Shown here: piece after piece, positions 1-9,423 of the stretch
Layout of the letters: each line of letters starts with the position of its first letter
Numbering within the stretch: the stretch's first letter is position 1
From: an archaeon
GTDB lineage: Archaea; Iainarchaeota; Iainarchaeia; Iainarchaeales; CSSED10-239
NCBI GenBank assembly: GCA_041677685.1
Contig: JBAYPN010000001.1
Coordinates: 19,673-51,672, forward strand
DNA: 32,000 nt
Direction: 5' to 3'
Translations under genes and position numbers: made by a program
Notes under the pieces: model-generated
What the model was told of the DNA's origin: nothing
Seen by the model: the letters and a program-made list of their open reading frames with translations, nothing else
Databases searched by the model: none

Positions 1-2
1 AT

Positions 3-941
3 TTTGAAGTTGTTAAAGACAACACTTTGTTTTTAAGTTCTAAACTTTTAAAGTCAGGAGAATATAAAGATATTAAGTTTAAAGAATATGAGGTTAGTAA
101 ATTACCTAAACCAAAACAGATTGGAAGAATTCATCCTTTAAGACAGATCATCTACTATATAAGGGATTTATATTTAGAGATGGGGTTTAAGGAAATGACA
201 AGTCCTTATGTTGAGACCTCTTTTTGGCCAATGGACTCTATGTTTATTTCTCAAGACCATCCTATGAGAGAGATTCAAGATACTTTTTATTTGCCAGACA
301 AAGGCACTCTTCCTGACAAGGAGTTAACAGGTAAAATTGCATTGGTTCATGAGAGTGGTGGAAAGACTGGATCTTTAGGTCATCAGTATAAGTGGGATAT
401 AGAGGCTGCTAAACAATTGGTTTTAAGGTCACATACAACTGCTGCAACTTACAGAAAATTTTATGAACTTACAGATGAAGAAAAGAAAGAATGTAAATAT
501 TTTTCAATAGGAAAAGTTTTTAGAAACGAGACAATTGATTCTACACATTTGCCTGAATTTCATCATGCTGAGGGTTTTGTTATTGGTAAGGGACTTTCTT
601 TAGCACATCTGATTGGGTTTATTAAAGTCTTTTTTAAAAAGCTAGGTATTGAAAACATAAAGATTAAGCCAACTTACAATCCCTACACAGAACCATCAGT
701 TGAGGTGTTTGCATATTTGCCTAGCTTAGGGAAATGGGCAGAGATTATGAACTCTGGTGTCTTTAGAAAAGAATCATTAGAACCTTACGGAATAGAAGGG
801 GATGTGATTGCTTGGGGAATTGGTATTGAGAGAATTGCAATGCTTGTTTATGGTAAGAGAAATATTAAAGACATTTACGGGGATGAGTGCGATATTGATT
901 GGTTAAGATCATATACCTTGCCTCCAAGAAAAATAAAATGA
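3..941 (+). CDS. pheS: Phenylalanyl-tRNA synthetase alpha subunit (archaeal/eukaryotic type), 5' end cut by window edge
   Basis: The reading frame is open from nt 3, with no stop upstream of the listed TTG at 27. Class II aaRS motifs are present: KVFRNETIDSTHLPEFHHAEGFVIG (motif 2) and AWGIGIERIAMLVYG (motif 3). The beta subunit gene follows directly. TGA stop at 939-941. Confidence 0.93.
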   Translation, partial: FEVVKDNTLFLSSKLLKSGEYKDIKFKEYEVSKLPKPKQIGRIHPLRQIIYYIRDLYLEMGFKEMTSPYVETSFWPMDSMFISQDHPMREIQDTFYLPDKGTLPDKELTGKIALVHESGGKTGSLGHQYKWDIEAAKQLVLRSHTTAATYRKFYELTDEEKKECKYFSIGKVFRNETIDSTHLPEFHHAEGFVIGKGLSLAHLIGFIKVFFKKLGIENIKIKPTYNPYTEPSVEVFAYLPSLGKWAEIMNSGVFRKESLEPYGIEGDVIAWGIGIERIAMLVYGKRNIKDIYGDECDIDWLRSYTLPPRKIK

Positions 942-954
942 AGGTTAAGATTTT

Positions 955-1028
955 ATTTGTAAATCGTAAATTGTAAATCGCAATTTGTAAATTGTAATTT
1001 GTAAATTGTAATGATTTAAATTGCAAAT
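955..1028. repeat. Imperfect tandem repeat of TTGTAAAT / TTGTAATT words (about 7 copies) in the pheS-pheT spacer
   Basis: Read directly: atttgtaaatcgtaaattgtaaatcgcaatttgtaaattgtaatttgtaaattgtaatgatttaaattgcaaat. The complement of TTGTAATT is AATTACAA, the word that dominates the arrays at 8385-8490 and 14734-15007. Confidence 0.8.
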
Positions 1029-1077
1029 ATTAATTTAAATAAAATAAAAAAATATAAGATTTAAATAAAGATAAAAT

Positions 1078-2727
1078 ATGGCAACAATAGAGATTAGTTT
1101 TGAAAAATTAAAACAAGAATTAAAAAATCCTGCTCTTTCAATTGAAGATTTGGAAAGTATACTTTTTGAATTTGGTTTAGAGATTGATGGGTATGTTGAA
1201 GCAGAGGATCTTTTAAAAATTGAGGTAACTGCAGAAAGAGTAGATTTATTGTCTTTTTATGGCCTTTCAAGAGCGCTAAAAGCATATCTAGATGTTGAAA
1301 AATATAGGCCCATAGAAGTAATGGAAAGTGATTTACAAGTAAATGTTTCTCAATCAGTTGTAGATTATGGGGCTTACACCATGTCAGCTGTTGTTAAAGA
1401 CCTTAATTTAGATGATCAAAAAATAAAAGAAATTATTAATATTCAAGAAAAATTACACGTGACTTATGGAAGAAAAAGAAAATCAATTGCAATTGGAGTT
1501 TATCCATTAGATAAAATAAAATTTCCAATTTCTTTTGATGCAAAGGCTCCAAAGGACATTAAGTTTGTGCCACTTGGAGAAACACAAGAGATGACAGGTT
1601 TAGAAATCTTAGAAAAACATCCAACAGGTGTTGCTTATTCTAAACTTGTGGGAGGTAAAAAAAAACTATTAGTTTTTATAGATTCAAATAACAAAATCTT
1701 GTCAATGCCTCCAATCATAAACTCTTTAGACACAGGAAAAGTAACTGAAAATACAAAAGAGATTTTCATAGAATGTACTGGTCAAAATTTATCAAAATTA
1801 TCATACACAATTAATATTTTGGTAGAGATGTTTAAGGATATTGGAGGGAAAGTTTATTCTCTACAAGTCAATTACCCAAACTTAAAAATTGTTTCTCCAA
1901 ATCCCAAGAAACCAACAATGCAAGTCTCAATTGATTACCTTAATCAAGTTTTAGGAACAGACATTGATATTAATCTTGCCTCAGAGTTACTAGAAAGAAT
2001 GATGTATGTTTCAAAAGTAATTGATAATAACAAATTAGAATTAATAGTTCCAAAGTTTAGAACAGATGTCTTACATGATAATGATGTTGCTGACGATCTT
2101 GCAAGAGCTTATGGTTTTTCAAACATAATTCCAAAAGAGTCAAGAGTTGTTTCTGTTGCTGAAAAACTAGAGGTCTCAATTAAGCAAGAACAAATAAATA
2201 ATATTATGTGTAACATGGGCTTTGTAGAAATTATGCCACTTACTTTGTCTTCTACAAAAAATAGTTTTGATGATTTTTTAATAGCCGGGAAAGATTATGT
2301 TAAGCTTGGCTTTTCTGCTGAAAGTTCTTTAAATATTGTAAGTAATTGGTTACTTCCAAAATTATTAAAAACATTAACCTTTAATCAACACAGAAGTTAT
2401 CCTCAAAAAATATTTGCTTGTGATTTTGTGGTTGTAGAAGATCTTACAAAAGATGTTAAATCTAAAAATGTGTTAAAAACATCTTGTGTGATTGCAGATT
2501 CTAAAATCACATTTACAGAGATTTCTTCTGTTCTTTTAAGACTTGTAAATGTTTTGGGTTATGAATTGAAATTGGAGAAGAAAGATTATAATTATTATAT
2601 GGCTGGGAGATCTGCAACTGTGCTTGTAGATGATAAGGTTGTAGGGACAATTGGTGAACTAAATCCAAAAGTGTTAATCAATTATAATTACACTGTTCCT
2701 GTTTGTGGTTTTGAAATTGAAATTTAA
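1078..2727 (+). CDS. pheT: Phenylalanyl-tRNA synthetase beta subunit (archaeal type, 549 aa)
   Basis: Length and layout are typical of archaeal PheRS beta. B5-type motif RTDVLHDNDVADDLARAYGF is present. The gene is adjacent to pheS on the same strand. Confidence 0.9.
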   Translation: MATIEISFEKLKQELKNPALSIEDLESILFEFGLEIDGYVEAEDLLKIEVTAERVDLLSFYGLSRALKAYLDVEKYRPIEVMESDLQVNVSQSVVDYGAYTMSAVVKDLNLDDQKIKEIINIQEKLHVTYGRKRKSIAIGVYPLDKIKFPISFDAKAPKDIKFVPLGETQEMTGLEILEKHPTGVAYSKLVGGKKKLLVFIDSNNKILSMPPIINSLDTGKVTENTKEIFIECTGQNLSKLSYTINILVEMFKDIGGKVYSLQVNYPNLKIVSPNPKKPTMQVSIDYLNQVLGTDIDINLASELLERMMYVSKVIDNNKLELIVPKFRTDVLHDNDVADDLARAYGFSNIIPKESRVVSVAEKLEVSIKQEQINNIMCNMGFVEIMPLTLSSTKNSFDDFLIAGKDYVKLGFSAESSLNIVSNWLLPKLLKTLTFNQHRSYPQKIFACDFVVVEDLTKDVKSKNVLKTSCVIADSKITFTEISSVLLRLVNVLGYELKLEKKDYNYYMAGRSATVLVDDKVVGTIGELNPKVLINYNYTVPVCGFEIEI

Positions 2728-2993
2728 ACTTTTGAGAGATTAATTTTTAGAAAGATTATTTTTAATTTTTTTTAGAAACCCCTCTTATTTTTACAGAAAA
2801 ATATTAGACTTATATACAAGTCGAATTTCAGATCAATTTAGACCTTTATAAGAGTCCAAGTTGTAAATTTTTTTATATTATTTTTCTTTTTTTAAGATAA
2901 TTTATAAAAAAGTATTTCTTTCTTAAATATAAAAATATTAAAACCATTTATAATTTTAATTATTTATAATAATATTATTAGAATGTGATATTT

Positions 2994-4511
2994 ATGTTAG
3001 ATTTAGAAATTCCAAAGAAATTTTATATAACAACTCCAATATATTATACAAGTGGTAGGTTCCATTTAGGGCATGCTTATACAACCATCTGTGCAGATGT
3101 CTTTGCAAGATATTATAGGTTGGTTGGTAGTGATGTGTTTTTCTTAACAGGAACAGACGAACATGGTCAAAAGGTAGAAGATGCTGCTAAAAAGGAGGGG
3201 ATCTTGCCAAAGGAGTTTGTTGACAATCTAGTTTCTAATGCTAAACAAGAATGGAAAAGTCTTGACATCTCCTATGATGCCTTTATTAGGACCACAGATG
3301 AAAAACATATTTCTCTTGTTAAAGAGATTGCCTCTAAGATGTTAGAAAATGAAGACATTTACAAAGGTAAATATGTTGGATATTACTGTAAGGATTGTGA
3401 ATCATTTTTTACATCTAAAGATATTATTAAAGATAAATGTCCTTTGGGGCACAATGTTAAAAAAGAAACAGAAGAAGCTTATTTTTTTAAAATCTCAAAA
3501 TATCAAAAATGGTTAAAACAATATATTTTAGATAATCCAAAATTTTTACAAACTGAAAGTAATAAAAATGAAATTCTTGCTTTTATTGATAGAGGTTTAG
3601 AAGATCTATGTATCTCAAGGGAGAAAGTAGGGTGGGGTATAACTTTACCTTTTGATGAAAATTACACAATCTATGTGTGGTTAGATGCTTTATTCAATTA
3701 TGTTTCTGGGATAGGGGGGCTTGATTCTGACAACTTCAAAAAATTTTGGCCGCCTGATTTTCAAGTTATGGGTAAAGAGATCTTCAGATTTCATGCCATC
3801 TACTGGCCAATATTTTTAAAATCTTTAAATTTAGAAATTCCAAAAACTGAGTTTGCACATGGTTGGTGGCTTAGCGAAGGCATGAAGATGTCAAAGTCCT
3901 TTAATAATGTTGTTTACCCTTTAGAATATGTAAAGGAATATGGTTCAGATATTTTTAGATATTATGTGATTAGAGAAATATCATTTGGAGAGGATGGTTC
4001 TTTTTCAAAAAAGAATTTTATTGAAAGAATTAATTCTGATCTTGTTGCAAACATAGGTAATCTTTTAAGTAGAGTAATTACTCTTGCAAGTAAAAGAAAT
4101 CAAGAAACTGGTTATTTATTTTTTAGAGATGAAAGTTTTGTAAAAGAAATTGAAAATAAAATAATAATAATTTCTAAACTATATAAAAATTATGAACTAA
4201 CAAAAATAATTAATGAGATATTCCAATTGTCCTCTCTTGCAAATAAATATGTTCAGGGCAATAAACCTTGGGAGTTGTTAACAGAAGATCCAAAAAAGTT
4301 TGATCAAGTTATTTATACTTTGCTTGAAACTATAAGAATTTTAGCAGTTGAACTTGCCCCTATCTTTACAACCAAATGGAAAGAGATTTTTGATCAACTA
4401 GGTTTAGATGCAAACAATAAAGATAATTTAAAATTAGAATTTACAAACATTTCAGAAAAAAGAATTGTAAAAAAAGGAAATCATTTGTTTAAAAAACAAG
4501 AAATTAAATAA
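2994..4511 (+). CDS. metG: Methionyl-tRNA synthetase (short form, no C-terminal tRNA-binding appendage)
   Basis: HIGH-type motif (GRFHLGHAYTT), KMSKS motif (GMKMSKSF) and a Cys knuckle (CKDCESF...CPLGH). I prefer ATG 2994 over the listed GTG 2985, because TGTGAT (SD-like) lies 5 nt upstream of the ATG and the product then starts MLDLEIPKKFYITTPIYY. Confidence 0.92.
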   Translation: MLDLEIPKKFYITTPIYYTSGRFHLGHAYTTICADVFARYYRLVGSDVFFLTGTDEHGQKVEDAAKKEGILPKEFVDNLVSNAKQEWKSLDISYDAFIRTTDEKHISLVKEIASKMLENEDIYKGKYVGYYCKDCESFFTSKDIIKDKCPLGHNVKKETEEAYFFKISKYQKWLKQYILDNPKFLQTESNKNEILAFIDRGLEDLCISREKVGWGITLPFDENYTIYVWLDALFNYVSGIGGLDSDNFKKFWPPDFQVMGKEIFRFHAIYWPIFLKSLNLEIPKTEFAHGWWLSEGMKMSKSFNNVVYPLEYVKEYGSDIFRYYVIREISFGEDGSFSKKNFIERINSDLVANIGNLLSRVITLASKRNQETGYLFFRDESFVKEIENKIIIISKLYKNYELTKIINEIFQLSSLANKYVQGNKPWELLTEDPKKFDQVIYTLLETIRILAVELAPIFTTKWKEIFDQLGLDANNKDNLKLEFTNISEKRIVKKGNHLFKKQEIK

Positions 4512-4568
4512 TTAAAGAATAAATAAATTAAATAATTAAAGAATAAATAAATTAAATAATTAAAGAAT
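4501..4568. repeat. Perfect 24-nt tandem repeat, 2.8 copies, starting inside the last codons of metG
   Basis: aaattaaataattaaagaataaat occurs at 4501-4524 and 4525-4548, followed by 20 nt of a third copy at 4549-4568. Copy 1 contains the metG stop codon (taa 4509-4511). Confidence 0.9.
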
Positions 4569-4589
4569 TAGAAGAAATAGAAATTTTTT

Positions 4590-4994
4590 CTATTCATTTC
4601 CACTCTTTTCTCTAACAATTTTTATAAGCGCACCAGCTTTTAAATATTCTATGTTATCACCTGCGTTTAGATTCTTAAAATCTGCTTTGTCAATTTCGTA
4701 TGTTTGATAATCTGCAGTATCCATAACTTGATATTTATCTCCTAGGTCAGCTATTATTTGAGCATTACCTTTACCAAGTAGAGGTACCTCTACAGCTGTG
4801 TCTGCTGGTTTTAATAGATTCATTTTTTTACCATTAAAAACACCAGTTGCAGTCATCCTAATCTTTGCAGCTCCATGTTTTCCTGGTTTTGATCTATCCA
4901 TTGAATCAATTTTACAAATTACGTCTTCAATAACAATAAATTGTCCTAATTTCATTTGTCCTACTTGTGCGAATTTTATATCATAATCACTCAT
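4590..4994 (-). CDS. eif5a: Translation initiation factor 5A (aIF5A)
   Basis: Hypusine-site motif SKPGKHGAAK and the typical aIF5A length. ATG at 4994 is preceded by GGTGA (complement of 5000-5004) with a 5-nt spacer. The listed ATG at 5006 overlaps that SD, so it is less likely. Confidence 0.9.
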   Translation of the reverse strand: MSDYDIKFAQVGQMKLGQFIVIEDVICKIDSMDRSKPGKHGAAKIRMTATGVFNGKKMNLLKPADTAVEVPLLGKGNAQIIADLGDKYQVMDTADYQTYEIDKADFKNLNAGDNIEYLKAGALIKIVREKSGNE

Positions 4995-5012
4995 ATTTTT
5001 CACCATCTTTTA

Positions 5013-5123
5013 TTATAATTTAAATTTTTTAAGTTATAATTTATACTTTTTAAGTTATAATTTAAATTTTTTAAGTTATAATTTATACTTTTTAAGTTAT
5101 AATTTATACTTTTTAAGTTATAT
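5013..5123. repeat. 21-nt tandem repeat, 5 full copies in two variants (order A-B-A-B-B) plus a partial copy, in the divergent promoter region
   Basis: Units ttataatttaaattttttaag (A) and ttataatttatactttttaag (B) occupy 5013-5033, 5034-5054, 5055-5075, 5076-5096 and 5097-5117. Each unit carries TATA-box-like TTATAA/TTTATA words. Confidence 0.9.
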
Positions 5124-5234
5124 AATATGATAAAAACAAATTAAAAAGCTTTCTTTACAAAAAAAGAAACATAAATAAACCTTATGGTGTTTAAATAGAT
5201 TAGAAATATTTAAATTTAAGGTGTGTAGATATTT

Positions 5235-5882
5235 ATGGTTAGAAAAGAAAAAAATTTGGTTGATGACAGAAAAGAAGTTGTAAAATTGACTCCAAAAAAT
5301 TTAGTTAATAGTTTTTACAATAAGGTAAATGCACAAGTAGCTGGAGTAGTTATCCTATTTTCTATAATTATTGAAATGATACTTTTTTCAATTTTGGGTG
5401 TCTCAGATATTGGCAAAATCTTTTTATCAAGAGTTGTTGAATCATTTATTTTAAGTTGGTTATTAGTTGCTTTAGTTTTATATTTGGTTCTTTATTTAGT
5501 TAAGGGAAATAAAAGAATTGAAAAGAATGCTTATAAAAAAATACTTTCAGGCCTTGCATCTTTTAAGGTAGTAACAATCTTTGCAATGTTAATAACCTCA
5601 ATAATAACAATGATTTTTTTACCAAAAATTATTCCTTACTTTAGAGACGTGTTAGCAAACCCATTATTAGCATATAGCTCGACAGCTATGCCTGTGATTA
5701 GTGGTTGGGCAATTTTTGGAATTACTCTTTTAGTTATACTTTTCATAGTTGTGTTTATCTATTATATTTCAATGATATACTATCTTGTAAAAGAAATGTA
5801 CAAATATAAAACATTTTTACCAAATTTCTTATTTGTAATAATTATTTTAATTGTTATGTATTTGGTAAGTTTTATATTTTAA
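5235..5882 (+). CDS. Polytopic membrane protein, function unknown
   Basis: 215-aa ORF with a basic N-terminus followed by several long hydrophobic segments. AGGTG lies upstream at 5219-5223. I recognise no family. Confidence 0.6.
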   Translation: MVRKEKNLVDDRKEVVKLTPKNLVNSFYNKVNAQVAGVVILFSIIIEMILFSILGVSDIGKIFLSRVVESFILSWLLVALVLYLVLYLVKGNKRIEKNAYKKILSGLASFKVVTIFAMLITSIITMIFLPKIIPYFRDVLANPLLAYSSTAMPVISGWAIFGITLLVILFIVVFIYYISMIYYLVKEMYKYKTFLPNFLFVIIILIVMYLVSFIF

Positions 5883-5933
5883 TTTTTTTCTTTCTCTTTT
5901 TTATTTCTTTCCCTTTATTAATTATTTATAGAT

Positions 5934-8366
5934 ATGAACAAAGATATTTTTTCAAAAACTGGGATATTGATAGATGTTTATTATGATTCTTCTTTAAGGT
6001 TAGTAATTAGAGAAGAGAGTTCTAAAAGCACATATTCTTTTTCTTTCTTTCCCTACTTTTATTTAGTTCTAAAATTTGAAGCTTCTCCTCTTGATTTTAA
6101 AAAGTTAGAAACAAAATTAAGAGGTTTGAAAAAAATTACAAAAATTGAAAAAAAAGATTCTGATTTTATATATAAATTAGAATTTGAAGATATTGACTCT
6201 TTTATGAGTTCTAAAAATCATCTGTTAGAGAAAGATATTTACTTAAGTAGTCCTTATGAGATTAGAGAATATGATCTCTCTTTGGTGCATAGGTTCTTTT
6301 TAGATTATAAGATTTGTAATTTTTCAAAATTAAATTTTACTGTAGATAAAGATAATCAAGTCTTAGATTTTAAAGTCTTAGATAACATCTTGATTGAAAA
6401 TTTAAATTATTTAACATTTGATATTGAGGTTTTACCATCTAGTAGTTTAGAGTTTCCAAAACCAGATGACTCTCCTGTAATCTCTATAGCTATAAGTGAT
6501 AATTTAGATAACAATTTTGTATTTTTATTAGTTGGGGATGTTAATTTAGAAAAAACTAAACAGTTGTTAGAAAAAGAAACTAAGTTTAAAGTCTTTTTAT
6601 TTTCAGAAGAAACTAAACTAATAGAGTCCTTTGCATTATTTGTTGGACAGAAAGACCCAGATGTCATCTTCACATATAACGGAGATGGTTTTGATTTTGA
6701 ATATCTTTCTAAGAGGTATAAGGTTTTAAGTTCTAAGGTTTTAGATTTTGGTAAGAAAAAAATATGCTTTCACAAAAGTAGTAAAAAATCTGTGTCTGTA
6801 GAAGGCTCTGTCCATTTAGATGTTTATGTTTTAATAAAGTTACTTAACTATCTACAGGTTTTTAATCATTCAAAATTAGATCTTAACTCTGTATACCAAA
6901 AGATAACAGGTAATAAAAAATTATCTTTAGGCCCAAAGGAGATGAGGGACTGTTACTTAGACAAAGACTATAAAAAATTAATTGAATATAATTTGGATGA
7001 TGTTTCTGCAACCCATGATTTAGGGATCAATTACTACAGCATTGTTAATGAAATTTCAAAACTTGTTCATGCTCCTTTTTTTGATATCTTAAGGACTTCT
7101 GCTGGAGCTATGGTTGAAAGATTGTTTATTGATTATTTTGTAAACAACAATCAATTAGTCCCAAACAAACCAGATGGTTGGAAAATAAGCCAGAGACATA
7201 AATACACTTTCCAAGGTGCTTTTGTTAAAAAACCAATTGCTGGGCTTCATGAAGATATTGCCGTTGTTGACTTTAGAAGTTACCACATCTCTTTAATAAT
7301 TGCATACAACATTAGCCCAGAAACAATTGTTGATGTCTTTGAAGAAAATACAAATTCTGTTTTAAACAAATTTATTAAAAAAGAACCAAAAGGCTTTGTT
7401 CCAAAAATCTTAGGCTCCCTTTTAGCTCTTAGAATTTCTATTAAAGAAAAGATAAAGGGTTTAGAAAAAAAAGACTCAAGAGAATATAGATCTCTTTTTG
7501 CAAAGCAATTTGCATTAAAAGTGCTTTTGGCCTCTACTTATGGGTATATGGGTTTTGCAGGAGCAAGATGGTATTGTAGAAATTGCTTAGACATCATGTA
7601 TCATTTGGTAAGAACAAAAATCCAAAACACAATTAAGGCTTTTGAAGATAAGGGTTACACAGTTATCTATTCAGACACAGACTCTTGTTTTATAAAATTT
7701 AAAGATCTTTCTAAACTAAAAAAGGATTTAGAAAAAATAAACTTAGATCTTCCAAAATCAATGTTTTTAGAACTAGAGGATATTTTCAAATCAGGGATCT
7801 TTGTGCTTTCAAGAGATGGTAAAAGAGCAGCTAAAAAAAAATATGCTTTACTAAAGGAAGATGGGACTTTAAAGATTAAGGGCTTTGAGTTTGTAAGAAG
7901 GGACTGGTGCCCTTTTGTAAAAGAGGTTCAAAAGAAAGTCTTAGAGTTGGTTCTGGAAAAAAAAGATCCAAAAGAAGCAATAAACTTAGTTAAAAAAGCA
8001 ATTTTAGATCTGCAAGAAAAGAAAGTGCCATTAGAGAAGATGATAATCCAATCTTTTGTTAGAAAAAATATAACAAAATACAAAAATATTAACCCTGCAA
8101 TGTCTGCAGTTTTAGATGGGAGAAAAAGAGGAGCAAATGTTTCTGAAAAGGAAGTAATTGAATACATTATTACAGACAAACCATCTAAGACCATTTCCGA
8201 AAAAGCAAGACTAGTTGAGTTTGTAAAAGATAAAGAATATGATGTTGATTATTATTTAAACAATCAACTTCTACCAGCAGTCTTCTCAATCTTAGAAGTC
8301 TTTGATGTTTCCAAAGATGAGCTTGTAAATGGTAAAAAGCAAAAGGGTTTGGGTGATTTCTTTTAA
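5934..8366 (+). CDS. polB: Family B DNA polymerase (archaeal PolB), intein-free
   Basis: Exonuclease motifs FDIEV, YNGDGFDFEYL and YNLDDVSATHDL. Polymerase motifs DFRSYHISLIIAYNISPE (A), KVLLASTYGYMGF (B), YSDTDS (C), plus KKKYALL and GFEFVRRDW. Confidence 0.93.
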   Translation: MNKDIFSKTGILIDVYYDSSLRLVIREESSKSTYSFSFFPYFYLVLKFEASPLDFKKLETKLRGLKKITKIEKKDSDFIYKLEFEDIDSFMSSKNHLLEKDIYLSSPYEIREYDLSLVHRFFLDYKICNFSKLNFTVDKDNQVLDFKVLDNILIENLNYLTFDIEVLPSSSLEFPKPDDSPVISIAISDNLDNNFVFLLVGDVNLEKTKQLLEKETKFKVFLFSEETKLIESFALFVGQKDPDVIFTYNGDGFDFEYLSKRYKVLSSKVLDFGKKKICFHKSSKKSVSVEGSVHLDVYVLIKLLNYLQVFNHSKLDLNSVYQKITGNKKLSLGPKEMRDCYLDKDYKKLIEYNLDDVSATHDLGINYYSIVNEISKLVHAPFFDILRTSAGAMVERLFIDYFVNNNQLVPNKPDGWKISQRHKYTFQGAFVKKPIAGLHEDIAVVDFRSYHISLIIAYNISPETIVDVFEENTNSVLNKFIKKEPKGFVPKILGSLLALRISIKEKIKGLEKKDSREYRSLFAKQFALKVLLASTYGYMGFAGARWYCRNCLDIMYHLVRTKIQNTIKAFEDKGYTVIYSDTDSCFIKFKDLSKLKKDLEKINLDLPKSMFLELEDIFKSGIFVLSRDGKRAAKKKYALLKEDGTLKIKGFEFVRRDWCPFVKEVQKKVLELVLEKKDPKEAINLVKKAILDLQEKKVPLEKMIIQSFVRKNITKYKNINPAMSAVLDGRKRGANVSEKEVIEYIITDKPSKTISEKARLVEFVKDKEYDVDYYLNNQLLPAVFSILEVFDVSKDELVNGKKQKGLGDFF

Positions 8367-8384
8367 AATCCTTTTTAATTCATA

Positions 8385-8490
8385 AAATTATAATTACAAT
8401 TACAAATCATAATTAATAATTATAGAGCACAAGACTAAAGCTACAATTACAAATTATAAATTCCAATTTCAAATCATAAATTTAAATCAC
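8385..8490. repeat. Imperfect A/T-rich word repeats (AATTACAAA, CAAATCATAA) between convergent polB and e2b2
   Basis: AATTACAAA occurs at 8398-8406 and 8445-8453, and aattaca at 8392-8398. caaatcataa occurs twice, at about 8402 and about 8470. Confidence 0.6.
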
Positions 8491-8511
8491 TAAATAAAAG
8501 GTTTTAAATGT

Positions 8512-9423
8512 CTACCTCTCAAACTTATCCTGGTTAACCCAAAGATGCAAAGTCTCTGGAGAAAACACACCCACTTCAGTTATAAATTTATCAATCAACT
8601 CTTTTGGGATAATATCAAAAGCAGGATTTAATATTTGTAAGGTTTTTGGTCTCTTTTCTTCTTCCCAAACTTCATTAACATCTCTTGTTTCAATTGTTCC
8701 TTTGATGTTATACATAGCATCCATCTCACAGCAATTTGTGGTTGTAAGGATTATGTGTGGTGTTTTAAAATTATTTGCCATTAAAGAAATTGTGTGTGTT
8801 CCAACCTTGTTCATAATTGATCCATCAGAAAAAATAACATCTGCACCTGTAAAAAAATAATCGCATTTTTTAAGAACTTGACTTACCCCAGAGTCAACAA
8901 TCATTGTTGTCTTGATTCCATAATCACTTAAATTTTTGGCAGTAATCCTTCCTTGGTACCTAGGTCTTGTCTCTGTACAATAGACCTCAAAATCAACCCC
9001 TTTATCATGTGCAATCTTAAAAGCATTCTCTACTAAGGTTGAATGACAATGGGTCAATATTTTAGAACCCTTTTCAATAAGTTGAGAGGCAATTTCAGAA
9101 ACTTTAAAGTTACCTTTTTCTGTATTTTCTTTATAATTTTTAATTTCTTCTATTAATTTCTTATTATTATCTTCTAGCCTATAATAGTAGGCCTTATATA
9201 AAATATAGTTAAGAGAATTTCTAAGTTTAGGTTCATTTGGTCTTTGCTTAACCAAATGATTAATATTTTCTTGCAAATTTTCTACAAATTTACTTTTATT
9301 CTTATCCTCAATTATAAATTCTTTAATTGCTTCAATTGCAGAAAGTTCAATATTACTGGCTCCCTGTATTTTAATATCCTTAATATCTTGTGCAATTTTT
9401 CTAATTTTTTCAGTAACAACCAT
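8512..9423 (-). CDS. eIF-2B alpha/beta/delta family protein, probable ribose-1,5-bisphosphate isomerase (e2b2-type)
   Basis: Family-typical core CTETRPRYQGRITAKNL...GADVIFSDGSIMNKVGTH. ATG 9423 is preceded by GGTGA (complement of 9429-9433). The listed GTG at 9432 lies inside that SD. Confidence 0.8.
   Translation of the reverse strand: MVVTEKIRKIAQDIKDIKIQGASNIELSAIEAIKEFIIEDKNKSKFVENLQENINHLVKQRPNEPKLRNSLNYILYKAYYYRLEDNNKKLIEEIKNYKENTEKGNFKVSEIASQLIEKGSKILTHCHSTLVENAFKIAHDKGVDFEVYCTETRPRYQGRITAKNLSDYGIKTTMIVDSGVSQVLKKCDYFFTGADVIFSDGSIMNKVGTHTISLMANNFKTPHIILTTTNCCEMDAMYNIKGTIETRDVNEVWEEEKRPKTLQILNPAFDIIPKELIDKFITEVGVFSPETLHLWVNQDKFER

Noticed and set aside
939-941. Genome-wide TGA reassignment (code 4 or 25), prompted by the two in-frame TGAs at 27469 and 27523
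   Set aside because: None of the roughly 35 confident genes contains an in-frame TGA. Trp is encoded by TGG throughout. pheS (939-941) and the 15020 gene (16382-16384) appear to terminate at TGA at positions consistent with full-length products. Any recoding would have to be local or foreign.
5934-8366. Intein or mobile insertion in polB
   Set aside because: At 810 aa the protein is close to normal archaeal PolB length. Motifs A, B and C are contiguous with normal spacing, and there are no intein splice-junction blocks.
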